Below are positions 19,604 through 30,750 of a stretch of 52,669 bases of DNA, one piece after another. Source of the DNA: a candidate division WOR-3 bacterium (GTDB lineage Bacteria; Hydrothermota; Tepidihabitantia; Tepidihabitantales; CAIPLT01). The notes under the pieces were generated by a model. That model made no database searches, had not been told where the DNA came from, and worked only from the letters and a program-made list of their open reading frames with translations. Position numbers and translations under genes: made by a program. Within the stretch, counting starts at the first letter, position 1. The number at the start of each line of letters is the position of its first letter. The stretch covers positions 1 to 52,669 of the forward strand of contig CBFGJZ010000008.1 in the NCBI GenBank assembly GCA_965649215.1. Reading direction: 5' to 3'.

Positions 19604-20809
19604 TTATTTGATAACCCCATATTTTTTACCGACTTTAGTAAATGCTTCAATGGCTTGATCAATATGTTCTTTTTCGTGGGCGGCTGAGATTTGCACTCGA
19701 ATTCGGGCTTGTCCTTTGGGAACAACCGGATAGAAAAATCCGATAACATAAATTCCTTCATAATATAAATCGCGAGCCATATCTTGTGCCAACTTAGCGT
19801 CATAGAGCATGATCGGACAAATCGGATGGATACCCGGTTTAATGTCAAAGCCGCGGGCGGTCATCTGTTCGCGAAAATATAATGTGTTTTTCTCAAGTTT
19901 ATCTCGTAATGCAGTCGTTTCTGATAACATATCAATAATCTGAATGGTAACGGCAGCAATAATTGGCGAAAGGGTATTGGAAAATAGATATGGTCGTGAT
20001 CTTTGTCTTAACATATCAACAATTTCTTTTCGAGCCGAAGTACACCCACCTGACGCACCACCCATCGCTTTACCAAAAGTGGTGGTAATGATATCAACCC
20101 GGGACATAACATTATGGTATTCATGAGTGCCCCGGCCGGTTTTCCCAATAAAGCCCGTGGCGTGGGAATCATCAATAACAACTAAGGCATTATATTTATC
20201 CGCCAGTTCGCAAATGTCGGCTAAGGGTGCTAAATCGCCATCCATAGAGAATACGCCATCCGTGACAATCATACGAAATCTTTTGGATAATGTGTTTTTC
20301 AAATGATTTTCTAATTCGTGCATATCCGCGTGCGCAAAGCGATAGCGTTCAGCTTTACAGAGTCGGATACCATCAATTAATGAAGCATGATTTAAGGCAT
20401 CTGAGATAATTGCATCCTGTTCGTTTAAGAGGGCTTCAAATAAACCGCCATTGGCATCAAAACAAGAAGAATACAGAATCGTTGCTTCCGTGTTGAGAAA
20501 TTCAGAAATTTTCTGCTCTAAAGTGCGGTGAATGTCTTGGGTACCGCAGATAAAGCGCACCGAAGAGAGTCCATAACCCCATTGTTCAATGGCTGCTTTT
20601 GCGGCTGCGATAACTTTGGGATGGGAAGATAAGCCGAGATAATTATTAGCACAAAAATTCAAAACATTTTTCGGTGGCGAGCCAGCGGGATATTCAACTT
20701 TTATTTGTGCACCTTGGGGAGTTAAAATATAACGTTCTTCTTTATATAAACCTTGTTCTTTAAGGTTGTTTAGTTCAGTTTGTAAATAAGTTTGGAAGTT
20801 TTTATCCAT
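19604..20809 (-). CDS. kbl: Glycine C-acetyltransferase (2-amino-3-ketobutyrate CoA ligase)
   Basis: [45 protein letters not shown] (PLP Lys) and RPYLFSN motifs. Confidence 0.97.
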   Translation of the reverse strand: MDKNFQTYLQTELNNLKEQGLYKEERYILTPQGAQIKVEYPAGSPPKNVLNFCANNYLGLSSHPKVIAAAKAAIEQWGYGLSSVRFICGTQDIHRTLEQKISEFLNTEATILYSSCFDANGGLFEALLNEQDAIISDALNHASLIDGIRLCKAERYRFAHADMHELENHLKNTLSKRFRMIVTDGVFSMDGDLAPLADICELADKYNALVVIDDSHATGFIGKTGRGTHEYHNVMSRVDIITTTFGKAMGGASGGCTSARKEIVDMLRQRSRPYLFSNTLSPIIAAVTIQIIDMLSETTALRDKLEKNTLYFREQMTARGFDIKPGIHPICPIMLYDAKLAQDMARDLYYEGIYVIGFFYPVVPKGQARIRVQISAAHEKEHIDQAIEAFTKVGKKYGVIK

Positions 20810-20813
20810 AACT

Positions 20814-21914
20814 TTATTTTCTCCTTTGTAAAGCCAAAGTTAAATCTTCTGAGTGGGGAAATAAAATAATTTTGGCAGCAGCGCGATTGGATTGAGTTAA
20901 TTTTTCAAAAGCTTTTGGAAAATCTTCTAAAAGCATTAAATCGGTAATAATCGGATTTAAATTGAGTTTTTGAGCGGCTAATAGATTACGCACCCGATAC
21001 CAAGTGTCAAAAATTTTTCTGCCCGAAATGCCATGAATCTGAACACCTTTGAAAACAATGTCGTTATCATAATCAATTTCTACAGTCGGTTGTGGCGAGA
21101 TACCAAAAGCAGAAACCCGACCACCTTTACGAACACACTTAAAAGCATCGGCAATTGACTGTTGATTGCCAACGATTTCTAAAGCGATATCTGCACCCGC
21201 GCCATAAGTGTGCTCTTTAACAAATTCAATTCGTTCTTGTTGAGTTGTTTTATTAACCGATAAAATATAATCCGCACCAATTTGACGGGCAATGTCCATC
21301 ATTGGTTCAGAGAGACCAATTAAAAAGATTTTACTGACGCCGCAGGCACGGGCAATGGCAATTGCCATTAACGAAATCGGACCATCACCGGTTATAACCA
21401 TAGATTTGCCACTGACATTACAATCTTCGCCGAGCACCACATAACAGGCATTTCCTAATGGTTCTTGAATTGACGCAAGTTCATAAGGAATATCTTTATC
21501 ATTATGCCAAATTACTCTTTCGGGAATATTAACATATTCTGCAAAAACACCATTTCGGTCAACTCCTAAAATCTCCATGCCTTCGCCAATATGCTTTTGT
21601 TCAAGCATCGCATTAATATCTTTCGGATTAAAGATATGGGTCTCAGCAGAAACATAATCCCCAATTGAAACTCCTTTAACATTCTTACCAATTGCGGTTA
21701 CGATACCACACATTTCATGACCCATGATTTGAGGTAATTTCTTAATGCCAATCCGATTTTGCGACCAACTATCCCAATTATAAATGTGCACATCAGTCCC
21801 ACAAATCCCAACCGCTTTTACTTGCACTAAGACTTCATCATCTTTAATAGTTGGGATTGGGACTTCAATGAGTTCCGCACCTTTTTCGGGTTTTGTCTTT
21901 ACAATTGCTTTCAT
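20814..21914 (-). CDS. tdh: L-threonine 3-dehydrogenase-like MDR zinc dehydrogenase
   Basis: [19 protein letters not shown] and [11 protein letters not shown] motifs, adjacent to kbl. The structural-zinc cysteines are absent. Confidence 0.85.
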   Translation of the reverse strand: MKAIVKTKPEKGAELIEVPIPTIKDDEVLVQVKAVGICGTDVHIYNWDSWSQNRIGIKKLPQIMGHEMCGIVTAIGKNVKGVSIGDYVSAETHIFNPKDINAMLEQKHIGEGMEILGVDRNGVFAEYVNIPERVIWHNDKDIPYELASIQEPLGNACYVVLGEDCNVSGKSMVITGDGPISLMAIAIARACGVSKIFLIGLSEPMMDIARQIGADYILSVNKTTQQERIEFVKEHTYGAGADIALEIVGNQQSIADAFKCVRKGGRVSAFGISPQPTVEIDYDNDIVFKGVQIHGISGRKIFDTWYRVRNLLAAQKLNLNPIITDLMLLEDFPKAFEKLTQSNRAAAKIILFPHSEDLTLALQRRK

Positions 21915-21923
21915 AGTTTTCCT

Positions 21924-22607
21924 TTAATAGTTGAATTTACCTTGTTTTTTGACAAGTTCTGCTTCTTGCATAATCATCACACCCGCACTTGTGCCAATAC
22001 GATTGGCACCGGCTTCAATCATGGCCAGCGCGGTTTTGTAATCGCGGATACCACCAGATGCCTTTACACCCATTTTCTTACCAACGGTTTTTCTTAATAA
22101 TTTAATATCTTCAACAGTTGCCCCACCAGTGGAAAAGCCGGTTGAAGTTTTTACATAAGCAGCGCCGACTTTTTTGGCGATTTTAGCAAGACGGACTTTT
22201 TCTTCATTACTGAGAAGGCAAGTTTCTAAGATAACTTTGACACCGATTGGTTTAGCCGCCACAACAACGCTTTTTATATCTTTGGCTACGAGCTGATATT
22301 TTTTTGACTTTACCGCACCAATATTAATAACCATATCAATCTCTTGAGCGCCGTTTTTAATCGCTTGGAGAGTTTCCATCACTTTCACTTCAGTGGTGGT
22401 AGCACCCAAGGGAAAGCCAATGGCACAACCAACTTTAACACCGCAACCTTTTAATAGTTTCGCAGCCAATTTAACATAAGACGGATTGACAAATACCGTC
22501 GCGAAATTATGCTTTTTAGCATCCGCACATAATTTTTTAATGTCTTTTTCCGATGCTTGTGGCTTAAGTAAGGTATGGTCAATGTATTTATTAAGGTTTT
22601 CTATCAT
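21924..22607 (-). CDS. deoC: Deoxyribose-phosphate aldolase
   Basis: [40 protein letters not shown] and RIGTS motifs. Confidence 0.98.
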   Translation of the reverse strand: MIENLNKYIDHTLLKPQASEKDIKKLCADAKKHNFATVFVNPSYVKLAAKLLKGCGVKVGCAIGFPLGATTTEVKVMETLQAIKNGAQEIDMVINIGAVKSKKYQLVAKDIKSVVVAAKPIGVKVILETCLLSNEEKVRLAKIAKKVGAAYVKTSTGFSTGGATVEDIKLLRKTVGKKMGVKASGGIRDYKTALAMIEAGANRIGTSAGVMIMQEAELVKKQGKFNY

Positions 22608-22620
22608 AAGTTTATTACCC

Positions 22621-24009
22621 CTAATTCTTTCTTTTAACTCGGGTTCCTTTGTCTGTATCTTCTAACAGATAACCCATTTCTTCTAATCCTTTTCGGATTA
22701 AATCAGAAATTTCATATTGTTTGTTTTTTCTTGCTAAATCTCGAGCATCAATAATTTTCTGAGATACAACATTAAACCCAGCACCAACATTTAACCCTAT
22801 TTTGAGGGAACGCGCTTCGATTTCTGTTTTGAAGCCTAAATTTTTTAGATAAAATAAAACTTCTGAATATTTTTGATTTAATGCTTCGGTATTTCCATAT
22901 TGAATGGCATTAAATCCATCCTTCACCGTATCAAAGATTAAAGCTATTGCTTTGGGAGTATTTAAGTCATCATCCATTGCTTCAGTAAACTTGGATGTTT
23001 GTATTGTTGCGTTTACTGCTGCTTGATTTTCTTCTGCCGAGTATAAAAACTCTTCAATTCTTGCCCAACTCTCTTTGGCTGAATTAAGAATCGAAAAGTC
23101 AAATTCTTGGGGTGAACGGTAATGGGATTTTAAGAGATATAATCTAATCACATTGGGTGAATATTTTTCTAAAAGTTCTTTTGCGGTAATAAAATGTTTA
23201 GTTGACTTTGACATCTTCTCACCGGTCAGATTAAGCATGGCATTATGCACCCAGTAGCGGACAAAAACTTTATGGGTGATTGCTTCGGACTGAGCAATTT
23301 CATTTTCATGATGGGGAAAGATTAAATCTTCTCCGCCTAAGTGAATATCAATTGTCTCGCCTAAATGCTTTAGGGACATTGCCGAGCATTCAATATGCCA
23401 ACCTGGTCTGCCTTTACCCCACGGACTCATCCAATAAGGTTCAGTTTCTTTGGCTCTTTTCCATAATGCAAAGTCTGCTGGGTGTTTTTTACTCTCTTTG
23501 ATTTCAACGCGTGCTCCTGCTACTAAATCATCAAGTTTTTTTTTGGATAACTTGCCATAGTCGGTGAATTTTTCAACAGCAAAATAAACATCGCCATCCG
23601 CTTCATAAGCAAATCCTTTGTCAATCAGTTTTTGGATTATTTCAATTATCTCTTGAATGTGTTGGGTCGCATAGGGATAAAAATCAGCTCGTGTGATATT
23701 CATTTTATCCGCCACTTCAAAATAGGCATCAATGTTCTGTTTGGCAATTATCCGATAATCAGTTTGTTCGGCTAATGATTTTTCAATAATCTTATCGTCA
23801 ATGTCAGTAAAGTTCTGAATAACTTTTGTCTTGTAACCTAAAAATTGTAAATATCTGACCAAAACATCCGCAGTAATATAGGCACGCATATGTCCAAAAT
23901 GGGGTGGACCTTGAACCGTCATCCCGCAGATATAGATTTTAACAACATCACTGAGCGGTTGAAATAAATCTTTAGTACCACTCAGAGTATTAGTCAGATA
24001 TAAAGGCAT
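22621..24009 (-). CDS. cysS: Cysteine--tRNA ligase
   Basis: YICGMTV...[32 protein letters not shown] and KMSKS motifs. Confidence 0.98.
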   Translation of the reverse strand: MPLYLTNTLSGTKDLFQPLSDVVKIYICGMTVQGPPHFGHMRAYITADVLVRYLQFLGYKTKVIQNFTDIDDKIIEKSLAEQTDYRIIAKQNIDAYFEVADKMNITRADFYPYATQHIQEIIEIIQKLIDKGFAYEADGDVYFAVEKFTDYGKLSKKKLDDLVAGARVEIKESKKHPADFALWKRAKETEPYWMSPWGKGRPGWHIECSAMSLKHLGETIDIHLGGEDLIFPHHENEIAQSEAITHKVFVRYWVHNAMLNLTGEKMSKSTKHFITAKELLEKYSPNVIRLYLLKSHYRSPQEFDFSILNSAKESWARIEEFLYSAEENQAAVNATIQTSKFTEAMDDDLNTPKAIALIFDTVKDGFNAIQYGNTEALNQKYSEVLFYLKNLGFKTEIEARSLKIGLNVGAGFNVVSQKIIDARDLARKNKQYEISDLIRKGLEEMGYLLEDTDKGTRVKRKN

Positions 24010-24018
24010 AGTGAGTTT

Positions 24019-24046
24019 ATTGTATTTAAAAAAAAGAAAATGTCAA
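24019..24046 (-). promoter_or_regulatory. sigma70 promoter for the cysS-deoC-tdh-kbl operon
   Basis: TTGACA-N16-TACAAT, 9 nt before ATG 24009, with no SD. Confidence 0.7.
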
Positions 24047-24114
24047 CATAACAACCTTTTAACATAGCGTTAGCTCGGACAATTCCTGCGATTTAACTCA
24101 TTATTAAGATAGGG

Positions 24115-24142
24115 TTGACAAGCGGAATTTTTCATGTATTCT
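24115..24142 (+). promoter_or_regulatory. Divergent sigma70 promoter for the 24174 operon
   Basis: TTGACA-N16-TATTCT. Confidence 0.55.
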
Positions 24143-24173
24143 AATAGATAATAAACAAAATGGGATTGTTAAT

Positions 24174-25664
24174 ATGAAAAAAATAATAAAAACATTATTA
24201 GCGTTATTAATGCTTATTTTTATCAGTTGTTTTTCTAACAGAGCGCCGCAGCGGCCAGAGATGCCAATTGGCAGTGGCACGGCAATTCCTAATATCCCTG
24301 AGCCTTTTAGTGCGGTGAGTGTTGACCCGGAAGGTGATTCGATTGCCTATCGTTTTGACTGGGGAAATGGTATTATTTCTAATTGGAGCGCTTTTGTTGC
24401 CAGTGGCGATACTTATACAACTTCTTATACTTATACTACGGAAGGTAATTTTCGGGTTAGGTGTCAAGCTAAAGACCACAAAGGCAAGTCTTCAAGTTGG
24501 TCCGATGAGTTGTTGGTGAGATGTGGACTGGGTAGAATTCGTTGGTCATTTACTTGTCCTGACCAAGGTGTTTTTAATTCCACGGCTGCAATTGATGCGA
24601 ATGGCAATATTTATGTGGGTTGTGAATGCGGGCATTTACATTCTTTTACTGCCAGTGGCAGCGCACGATGGGGGATGCGCGGATTTGTTAGTAATACAGA
24701 AGATGAGTTTATTGCTTCGCCGGCAATTGCTGACAACGGTACGATTTATGCTTGTGACCGCGGTGGCTATGTTTATGCGCTCACTGATAATAAGACATTG
24801 TTATGGCAAAGGTTTTTAGGTGCTGAAATTGTTGGCTCCGTGGCAGTGGGTAGAAATAATGAAATTTATGTTAATACTATTGATGGTTTTTATGCCCTGA
24901 GTGCCAATGGCCAAACTCTCTGGAGTATTGATTCTATTCAAGGTGTTTCGTCGCCAACCCTGGACAGCAATAATTTCTTATATGTAGGGACCAGTGATCA
25001 TTATTTATATTGTTTAGATACGAGTGGCACAATTCGCTGGCGCTATGCACTTGACGATGAGATTATTTCATCACCCGCAGTGATGCTCAATAAGCGGATT
25101 TGTGTTGGTTGCCAAGACGGACGAATTTATTTCTTCCATCCTGATACTGGTTTTATTTTAAGAACAAGTTCTTATGGAGCGGTCTCATCAACGCCGGTGA
25201 TTGGTAGTGACGGGTCAATTTATATTACCAGTGAAGATGGCTATCTGGCAAAATTAGATGTGATGGGAAATTACCTGTGGAGTTATCCAACCGATGGTTA
25301 TAATACTTCAAGTCCGACCGTGGTTCGTTATCCTGAGTTAAATCAAGATATTATTTATTTTAAGGTTTCCTGGGGTAAAAAGAAAGGTATGGTCACAAGA
25401 TATGAAGACGAAGATTCTTTGTATATGATCAAAGCCGATGGTTCCCGTTTTGCCGCAGTAGCTTTACCCCAAGGTTATCCAAGCGAAGAAGGTTTACTCT
25501 CTTCACCAATGATTGCCAGCGATGGCACGATTTTAATTGGTGCTGGTTTTGATGAAGAGAGCGAGTCAGGTGGCTTTTTTGCTTTAACGGGTAAAGGCAA
25601 TTTAGTTAATTCCAGTTGGCCCGTTTTTAGGCATGATATTAAAAATACAGGAAGGAAGCATTAA
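24174..25664 (+). CDS. Lipoprotein with a PKD-like domain and a PQQ-type (BamB-like) beta-propeller
   Basis: Lipobox FISC; DPEGDSIAYRFDWGNG (PKD-like); repeated SSP-x-I...G-x-IYVG...LY...W units; C-terminal WPVFRHD. Confidence 0.85.
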   Translation: MKKIIKTLLALLMLIFISCFSNRAPQRPEMPIGSGTAIPNIPEPFSAVSVDPEGDSIAYRFDWGNGIISNWSAFVASGDTYTTSYTYTTEGNFRVRCQAKDHKGKSSSWSDELLVRCGLGRIRWSFTCPDQGVFNSTAAIDANGNIYVGCECGHLHSFTASGSARWGMRGFVSNTEDEFIASPAIADNGTIYACDRGGYVYALTDNKTLLWQRFLGAEIVGSVAVGRNNEIYVNTIDGFYALSANGQTLWSIDSIQGVSSPTLDSNNFLYVGTSDHYLYCLDTSGTIRWRYALDDEIISSPAVMLNKRICVGCQDGRIYFFHPDTGFILRTSSYGAVSSTPVIGSDGSIYITSEDGYLAKLDVMGNYLWSYPTDGYNTSSPTVVRYPELNQDIIYFKVSWGKKKGMVTRYEDEDSLYMIKADGSRFAAVALPQGYPSEEGLLSSPMIASDGTILIGAGFDEESESGGFFALTGKGNLVNSSWPVFRHDIKNTGRKH

Positions 25665-25669
25665 TAATT

Positions 25670-28657
25670 ATGTTAGACTGTCGTAAATTACAAACTGTGG
25701 CAACGAATCTTGATTTTCCAACGATTGAACATAAGATTTTAGATTTCTGGCAAAAAACCGATGCCTTTAATAAATTACGCGCCAAAAATAAAGGCAATAA
25801 AAAATTCTCATTTTTAGATGGGCCAATTACCGCGAATAACCCAATGGGTGTGCATCATGCGTGGGGGAGAACTTATAAAGATTTGTTTCAACGCTACAAA
25901 GCAATGCTCGGTTATGACCAACGCTATCAAAATGGCTTTGATTGTCAAGGATTATGGGTTGAAGTAGAAGTAGAAAAAGAACTCGGTTTTAAATCAAAAC
26001 GGGATATTGAAAATTACGGCATTGATAAGTTTGTCAATAAGTGTAAAGAGCGAGTCTTAAAGTATTCTCAAATTCAAACCCAACAATCAATTAGATTAGG
26101 ACAATGGATGGATTGGCCGAATTCTTATTATACGATGTCAGATGAAAATAACTACACGATTTGGTATTTTCTAAAGAAGTGCCATGAGCAAAACTGGATT
26201 TATAAAGGGCATGATGTAATGCCCTGGTGTCCGAGATGTGGAACCGCACTTTCGGAACATGAAATTGTCACCGAAGGCTATAAAGAGTTAACGCATCCCG
26301 CAGTGTATCTTAAATTCCCCTTAAAAGGAAGAACGCAAGAATATCTTTTGGTATGGACCACGACACCATGGACTTTGACATCTAATGTTGCCTGTGCAGT
26401 ACATCCGGATTTATTCTATGTTAAAGTTAAGCAAGGCGATGAAATCTATTATTTAATTCAATCTCGCTTAGAAGTACTTAATGGTAAATATGAAATCTTA
26501 GCAGAATTACCAGGTAAAGATTTATTCGGTTGGGAATATATCGGTCCGTATGATGAATTAGTAGCCCAACAAGGCGTAGTGCATAAAGTTATTTTTTGGG
26601 AAGAGGTTTCTGGAACGGATGGCACCGGCATCGTGCATATTGCGCCGGGTTGTGGAAAAGAAGATTTTATGCTTGGTAAAGAGTATCAGTTACCCGCGAT
26701 TGCACCGTTAACAGAAGATGGTTATTTTCTTGATGGATTTGGCAATCTCTCAGGCGTCAGTGTCAAAGAGAGCGCACCAATTGTTTTTGCTGATTTGAAA
26801 AAGAAAGGGATGATTTATAAGATTGAAGATTATACCCATCGGTATCCGGTGTGTTGGCGTTGTGACAGCGAAGTTGTCTTCCGATTGGTCGATGAATGGT
26901 TTATCAAAATGGATGAATTACGTTATCAGATTATGGAGAGCGCTAAAACAGTGCGTTGGATTCCTGAATTTGGATTAGAACGTGAATTGGATTGGCTTAG
27001 AAATATGCAGGATTGGTGTATTTCCAAAAAGCGCTATTGGGGTTTGGCATTGCCGATTTATGATTGCCGATGTGGCCATTTTCAGGTGATTGGCGGGAAA
27101 GAAGAATTGCACAATAAAGCAGTCAGCGGTTGGGATAAATTTGAAGGTCATTCGCCGCATCGGCCCTGGATTGATGAAGTTAAAATTAAATGCGATAAGT
27201 GTGGTGAAGTGACCAGTCGGATTTTAGATGTTGGTAATCCCTGGCTGGATGCCGGCATTGTGCCGTATTCAACTTTGCATTATCTTACTAATCGCAAATA
27301 TTGGGAAGAATGGTTTCCGGCTGATTTTATCACCGAATGTTTTCCGGGTCAATTCCGCAACTGGTTCTATGCGATTTTAGCAATGAGTACGGTTTTAGAG
27401 AAAAGAGCACCCTTTAAGACCTTGTTAGGACATGCCTTGGTCAAAGACGAACAGGGACGAGATATGCATAAGTCAAGTGGCAATGTGATTTGGTTTGACG
27501 AAGCAGCCGAAAAAATGGGTGCCGATGTTATGAGGTGGATTTTTACTCGCCATAACCCGCAAGAGAATTTAAACTTTGGTTATCACGAAGCCCATGATGT
27601 CAAAAGACGACTCTTAACTTTTTGGAATGCGTATAGTTTTTTTGTGACTTATGCCAAGATTGACTTACCGAAAATCAAACCGCTTGCCGATGATTCTTTA
27701 GATAATTTAGCCTTAACTGACTTAGATAAATGGATTCTTTCTCGGCTCCAATGGCTCATTAAAAAAGTCCGTGAACGGTGGGATGATTATGATCCCGCGC
27801 CAGTAATTAAGTATTTAGAAGATTATATTGATGATTTGTCCAGTTGGTATATCCGACGAAATCGGCGACGATTTTGGAAGAGCGGTTCTGATGAAGATAA
27901 ATTAGCAGCTTATCAAACACTCTATGAGTGTTTGGTAACTTTGATTAAGTTAATGTCGCCAATTATGCCATTTTTGACCGAAGAGATTTATCAGAACTTA
28001 GTCGCTTCAATTGACGCGAACGCACCAGTCAGTGTCCATCTTAATGATTTTCCTGTTGCAAAAGAAAAGTTTTATAACCCGACTTTGGAGAATGAAATTG
28101 CATTAGTGCGGGAATTAATATCTTTAGGACTTTCGGCACGTAAAGCGGCTAATATCAAAGTGCGGCAGAGTTTAGCCCAAGCCAAAATTTTGGGGTTAAC
28201 TGAAGATGAAATTGCAATTGTCGAAAAATATCAAGCGGTTTTTAGAGAAGAACTGAATATTCGTGAATTTGCATTTATAAATGATGATTCCGGATTAGGC
28301 AATAATTGGATCAGCAATTTTAGTGATAATGAACAAAGTAAATACCGATTTTATATTGATGTTAATCTGACCGACGAGTTACTTCAGGAAGGATTGATCC
28401 GAGAATTAGTCCACAAAATTCAAAATCTGCGTAAAAGTGCAGGGTTTGATGTGATTGACCGCATTGAAATATATTATGAGAGTTCTCCGAAGCTGCAATC
28501 GGCAATCTTAAATTATCTAAGTTATTTACAAAACGAAGTGTTAGCAACAAAAGTTGAAGCGCTTAAGAGTTGTTCTGAGTATGATATTGAAAAAACTTTG
28601 GATGTAAACCAAGAAAAGATTACCGTCCGTTTAAAACGGATAATTTCAAAAGCATGA
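25670..28657 (+). CDS. ileS: Isoleucine--tRNA ligase (IleRS2-like, GVHH signature)
   Basis: DGPITAN, GFDCQGL, WTTTPWTL, GTGIVHIAPG (editing domain), DWCISKKRYWG, DMHKS and WYIRRNRRRFW. Confidence 0.97.
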   Translation: MLDCRKLQTVATNLDFPTIEHKILDFWQKTDAFNKLRAKNKGNKKFSFLDGPITANNPMGVHHAWGRTYKDLFQRYKAMLGYDQRYQNGFDCQGLWVEVEVEKELGFKSKRDIENYGIDKFVNKCKERVLKYSQIQTQQSIRLGQWMDWPNSYYTMSDENNYTIWYFLKKCHEQNWIYKGHDVMPWCPRCGTALSEHEIVTEGYKELTHPAVYLKFPLKGRTQEYLLVWTTTPWTLTSNVACAVHPDLFYVKVKQGDEIYYLIQSRLEVLNGKYEILAELPGKDLFGWEYIGPYDELVAQQGVVHKVIFWEEVSGTDGTGIVHIAPGCGKEDFMLGKEYQLPAIAPLTEDGYFLDGFGNLSGVSVKESAPIVFADLKKKGMIYKIEDYTHRYPVCWRCDSEVVFRLVDEWFIKMDELRYQIMESAKTVRWIPEFGLERELDWLRNMQDWCISKKRYWGLALPIYDCRCGHFQVIGGKEELHNKAVSGWDKFEGHSPHRPWIDEVKIKCDKCGEVTSRILDVGNPWLDAGIVPYSTLHYLTNRKYWEEWFPADFITECFPGQFRNWFYAILAMSTVLEKRAPFKTLLGHALVKDEQGRDMHKSSGNVIWFDEAAEKMGADVMRWIFTRHNPQENLNFGYHEAHDVKRRLLTFWNAYSFFVTYAKIDLPKIKPLADDSLDNLALTDLDKWILSRLQWLIKKVRERWDDYDPAPVIKYLEDYIDDLSSWYIRRNRRRFWKSGSDEDKLAAYQTLYECLVTLIKLMSPIMPFLTEEIYQNLVASIDANAPVSVHLNDFPVAKEKFYNPTLENEIALVRELISLGLSARKAANIKVRQSLAQAKILGLTEDEIAIVEKYQAVFREELNIREFAFINDDSGLGNNWISNFSDNEQSKYRFYIDVNLTDELLQEGLIRELVHKIQNLRKSAGFDVIDRIEIYYESSPKLQSAILNYLSYLQNEVLATKVEALKSCSEYDIEKTLDVNQEKITVRLKRIISKA

Positions 28658-29031
28658 TTAAGAAGCGAGGAGAGTTAATCGAGTTTGAAAAACGGCTATT
28701 AAAAGAAAAAAAACGGCTTTTAAAACAATTGAAATTTTCGGACAGCATCTTAAAGGATACTGAGCAAAATGCCGCCCAGGGCGCGTCGGTGTATCGAACA
28801 CATATTGCTGACATTGGCAGTGAAACTTATCAAAAAGAAATCAGTTCACAATTATCCGCCTATGAGTATGAAATCTTAAGACAGATTGATGAAGCATTAC
28901 AAAGGATTCGTGATAAATGTTATGGGGATTGTATTAAATGTCACAAACCGATCTCAAAAGCACGACTGCGTGCATTGCCTTACACACAATTATGTCTGAA
29001 ATGTGTCAAAGGGGCTTCGGTTAAAAAATAA
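28654..29031 (+). CDS. TraR/DksA C4 zinc-finger protein
   Basis: Coiled coil with HIAD, then ALQRI...YGDCIKC...RLRALP...CLKC. Confidence 0.9.
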   Translation: MIKKRGELIEFEKRLLKEKKRLLKQLKFSDSILKDTEQNAAQGASVYRTHIADIGSETYQKEISSQLSAYEYEILRQIDEALQRIRDKCYGDCIKCHKPISKARLRALPYTQLCLKCVKGASVKK

Positions 29032-29123
29032 AACAATACGGACAAAAGTTCCATTTCGAATTTATTGATTATTTACCGATTGGGGATTGTGCATTATAAT
29101 TTTTATATTGTAAGACATGTCTT

Positions 29124-29849
29124 ATGCAGATGAACATTAAGATGGTTATTGAGTATGATGGCCATAATTATTATGGTTGGCAAAAGCAGTTGTCAAAACC
29201 GACGATTCAAGGAACAATTGAACAGGCATTGGCAAAAATCTTGGGAGAAAAAGTAAAAATAATCGGTGCTAGCCGCACGGATGCGGGTGTATCAGCATTA
29301 GCCCAAGTTGCAAATTGTCAAATTACGACCAAAGCCAATTTTGATTTAGAAAAGTTAACTAAAAGTATTAATGCACTGTTGCCCAAAGATATTTATATCA
29401 AATCAATCAGCAGAGTCAAAGATGGATTTAATGCCCGCCGTGATGCGAAGAGTAAAATCTATACTTATACAATCATTACTTCACCGTCGCCGCTGAGAGG
29501 CTATTTTGCTTGGTGTGTGCCTTATCAGTTAGATGTTAAAAAGATGCGAGAAGGAGCAAAGCTCTTCATTGCCAACCGCAATTATGCTGATTTTTGTGCA
29601 GAGCGAAAAAATGGTCTGGTGGCGATAAAAAAAATTACCATCAATAGAAAATCGGATACGATTACCATCTCAATTGAAGCGAATCGGTTCTTATATAAAA
29701 TGGTACGAAGAATTGTTGGAGCATTAGTTGAAATCGGAAGAGCCCACCGCGAATTAGAGGATATCCAAAATGCATTAAAAGGGAAAAAACACCGTCCCTT
29801 AATTTGTGCACCCGCACAAGGACTTATTTTAAGCAAAGTGAAATATTAA
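29124..29849 (+). CDS. truA: tRNA pseudouridine(38-40) synthase
   Basis: YDG...GWQ, ASRTDAGV (catalytic Asp), FNAR, FLYKMVR and APAQGL motifs. Confidence 0.95.
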   Translation: MQMNIKMVIEYDGHNYYGWQKQLSKPTIQGTIEQALAKILGEKVKIIGASRTDAGVSALAQVANCQITTKANFDLEKLTKSINALLPKDIYIKSISRVKDGFNARRDAKSKIYTYTIITSPSPLRGYFAWCVPYQLDVKKMREGAKLFIANRNYADFCAERKNGLVAIKKITINRKSDTITISIEANRFLYKMVRRIVGALVEIGRAHRELEDIQNALKGKKHRPLICAPAQGLILSKVKY

Positions 29850-29850
29850 A

Positions 29851-30744
29851 ATGGAAGCATACCAGAAATTTCTTATACCAGAAGTATTGGCAAAATTAAA
29901 ACAGATTGATTTAAAAGCACGATTAGTGGTGGAAGGGTTTTTAACTGGGTTGCATCGCAGTCCTTATAAAGGATTTTCCCAAGAATTTGCCGAATATCGG
30001 AGTTATCAGACCGGGGATGAAATAAAAAGAATTGATTGGAAATTGTATGCTAAAACCGACCGTCTTTATATTAAAGAATACGAAGAAGAGACTAATCTTA
30101 AAGCATATTTATTAATTGATATATCGGCATCTATGCAATATTCATCAGCTAGAATCACGAAGCTTGACTATGCCTGTTTATTGGCGGCAAGTTTTGCCTA
30201 TCTTTTAATCAAACAAAGAGACAGTGTCGGCATTGTTGCTTTCAGTAATAAAATCAACCATTATATTCCGCCTCGTTCTCATCCATCACATTTGCAGGTG
30301 TTACTGAAGACAATTGATTCGTTAAAACCACAGGCCGATACCAATTTAGCCAATACTTTTCATCAATTGGCCAGTAAGATTAAACGGCGCGGTTTAGTGA
30401 TTGTCTTGTCAGATTTACTTGACGACAAAGAAAATGTTTTGACTGCGCTAAAACATTTTCGTCATAAAAAACACGAAGTACTGGTATTTCAGATTTTAGA
30501 TAAAAATGAACTTGAATTTGGTTTTTCCCGTCCGCTTGTGCTGAAAGATTTAGAAACAAAGAAAGAGCTTACTCTCGACCCCCGGGTAATTCGCAAACAA
30601 TATCTTGAGAATATTAAAAACTATTTTTCAGATTTTAAATGGCGGTGTCGAGAACACATTATTGATTATAATCAAATTCTGACCGACATGCCTTTAGACC
30701 GTGCGCTCTTTGAATATTTACAAAAAAGAAAACGTATCGGATAA
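29851..30744 (+). CDS. DUF58 family protein (MoxR-associated, vWA-like)
   Basis: GLHRSPYKGFSQEFAEYRSY, IDWK, DISASM and VLSD motifs. Confidence 0.93.
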   Translation: MEAYQKFLIPEVLAKLKQIDLKARLVVEGFLTGLHRSPYKGFSQEFAEYRSYQTGDEIKRIDWKLYAKTDRLYIKEYEEETNLKAYLLIDISASMQYSSARITKLDYACLLAASFAYLLIKQRDSVGIVAFSNKINHYIPPRSHPSHLQVLLKTIDSLKPQADTNLANTFHQLASKIKRRGLVIVLSDLLDDKENVLTALKHFRHKKHEVLVFQILDKNELEFGFSRPLVLKDLETKKELTLDPRVIRKQYLENIKNYFSDFKWRCREHIIDYNQILTDMPLDRALFEYLQKRKRIG

Positions 30745-30750
30745 AAGTAA

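Noticed and set aside
24010-24173. Strand switch as a possible replication origin
   Set aside because: No DnaA-box cluster and no dnaA/parAB nearby. Two divergent promoters explain it.
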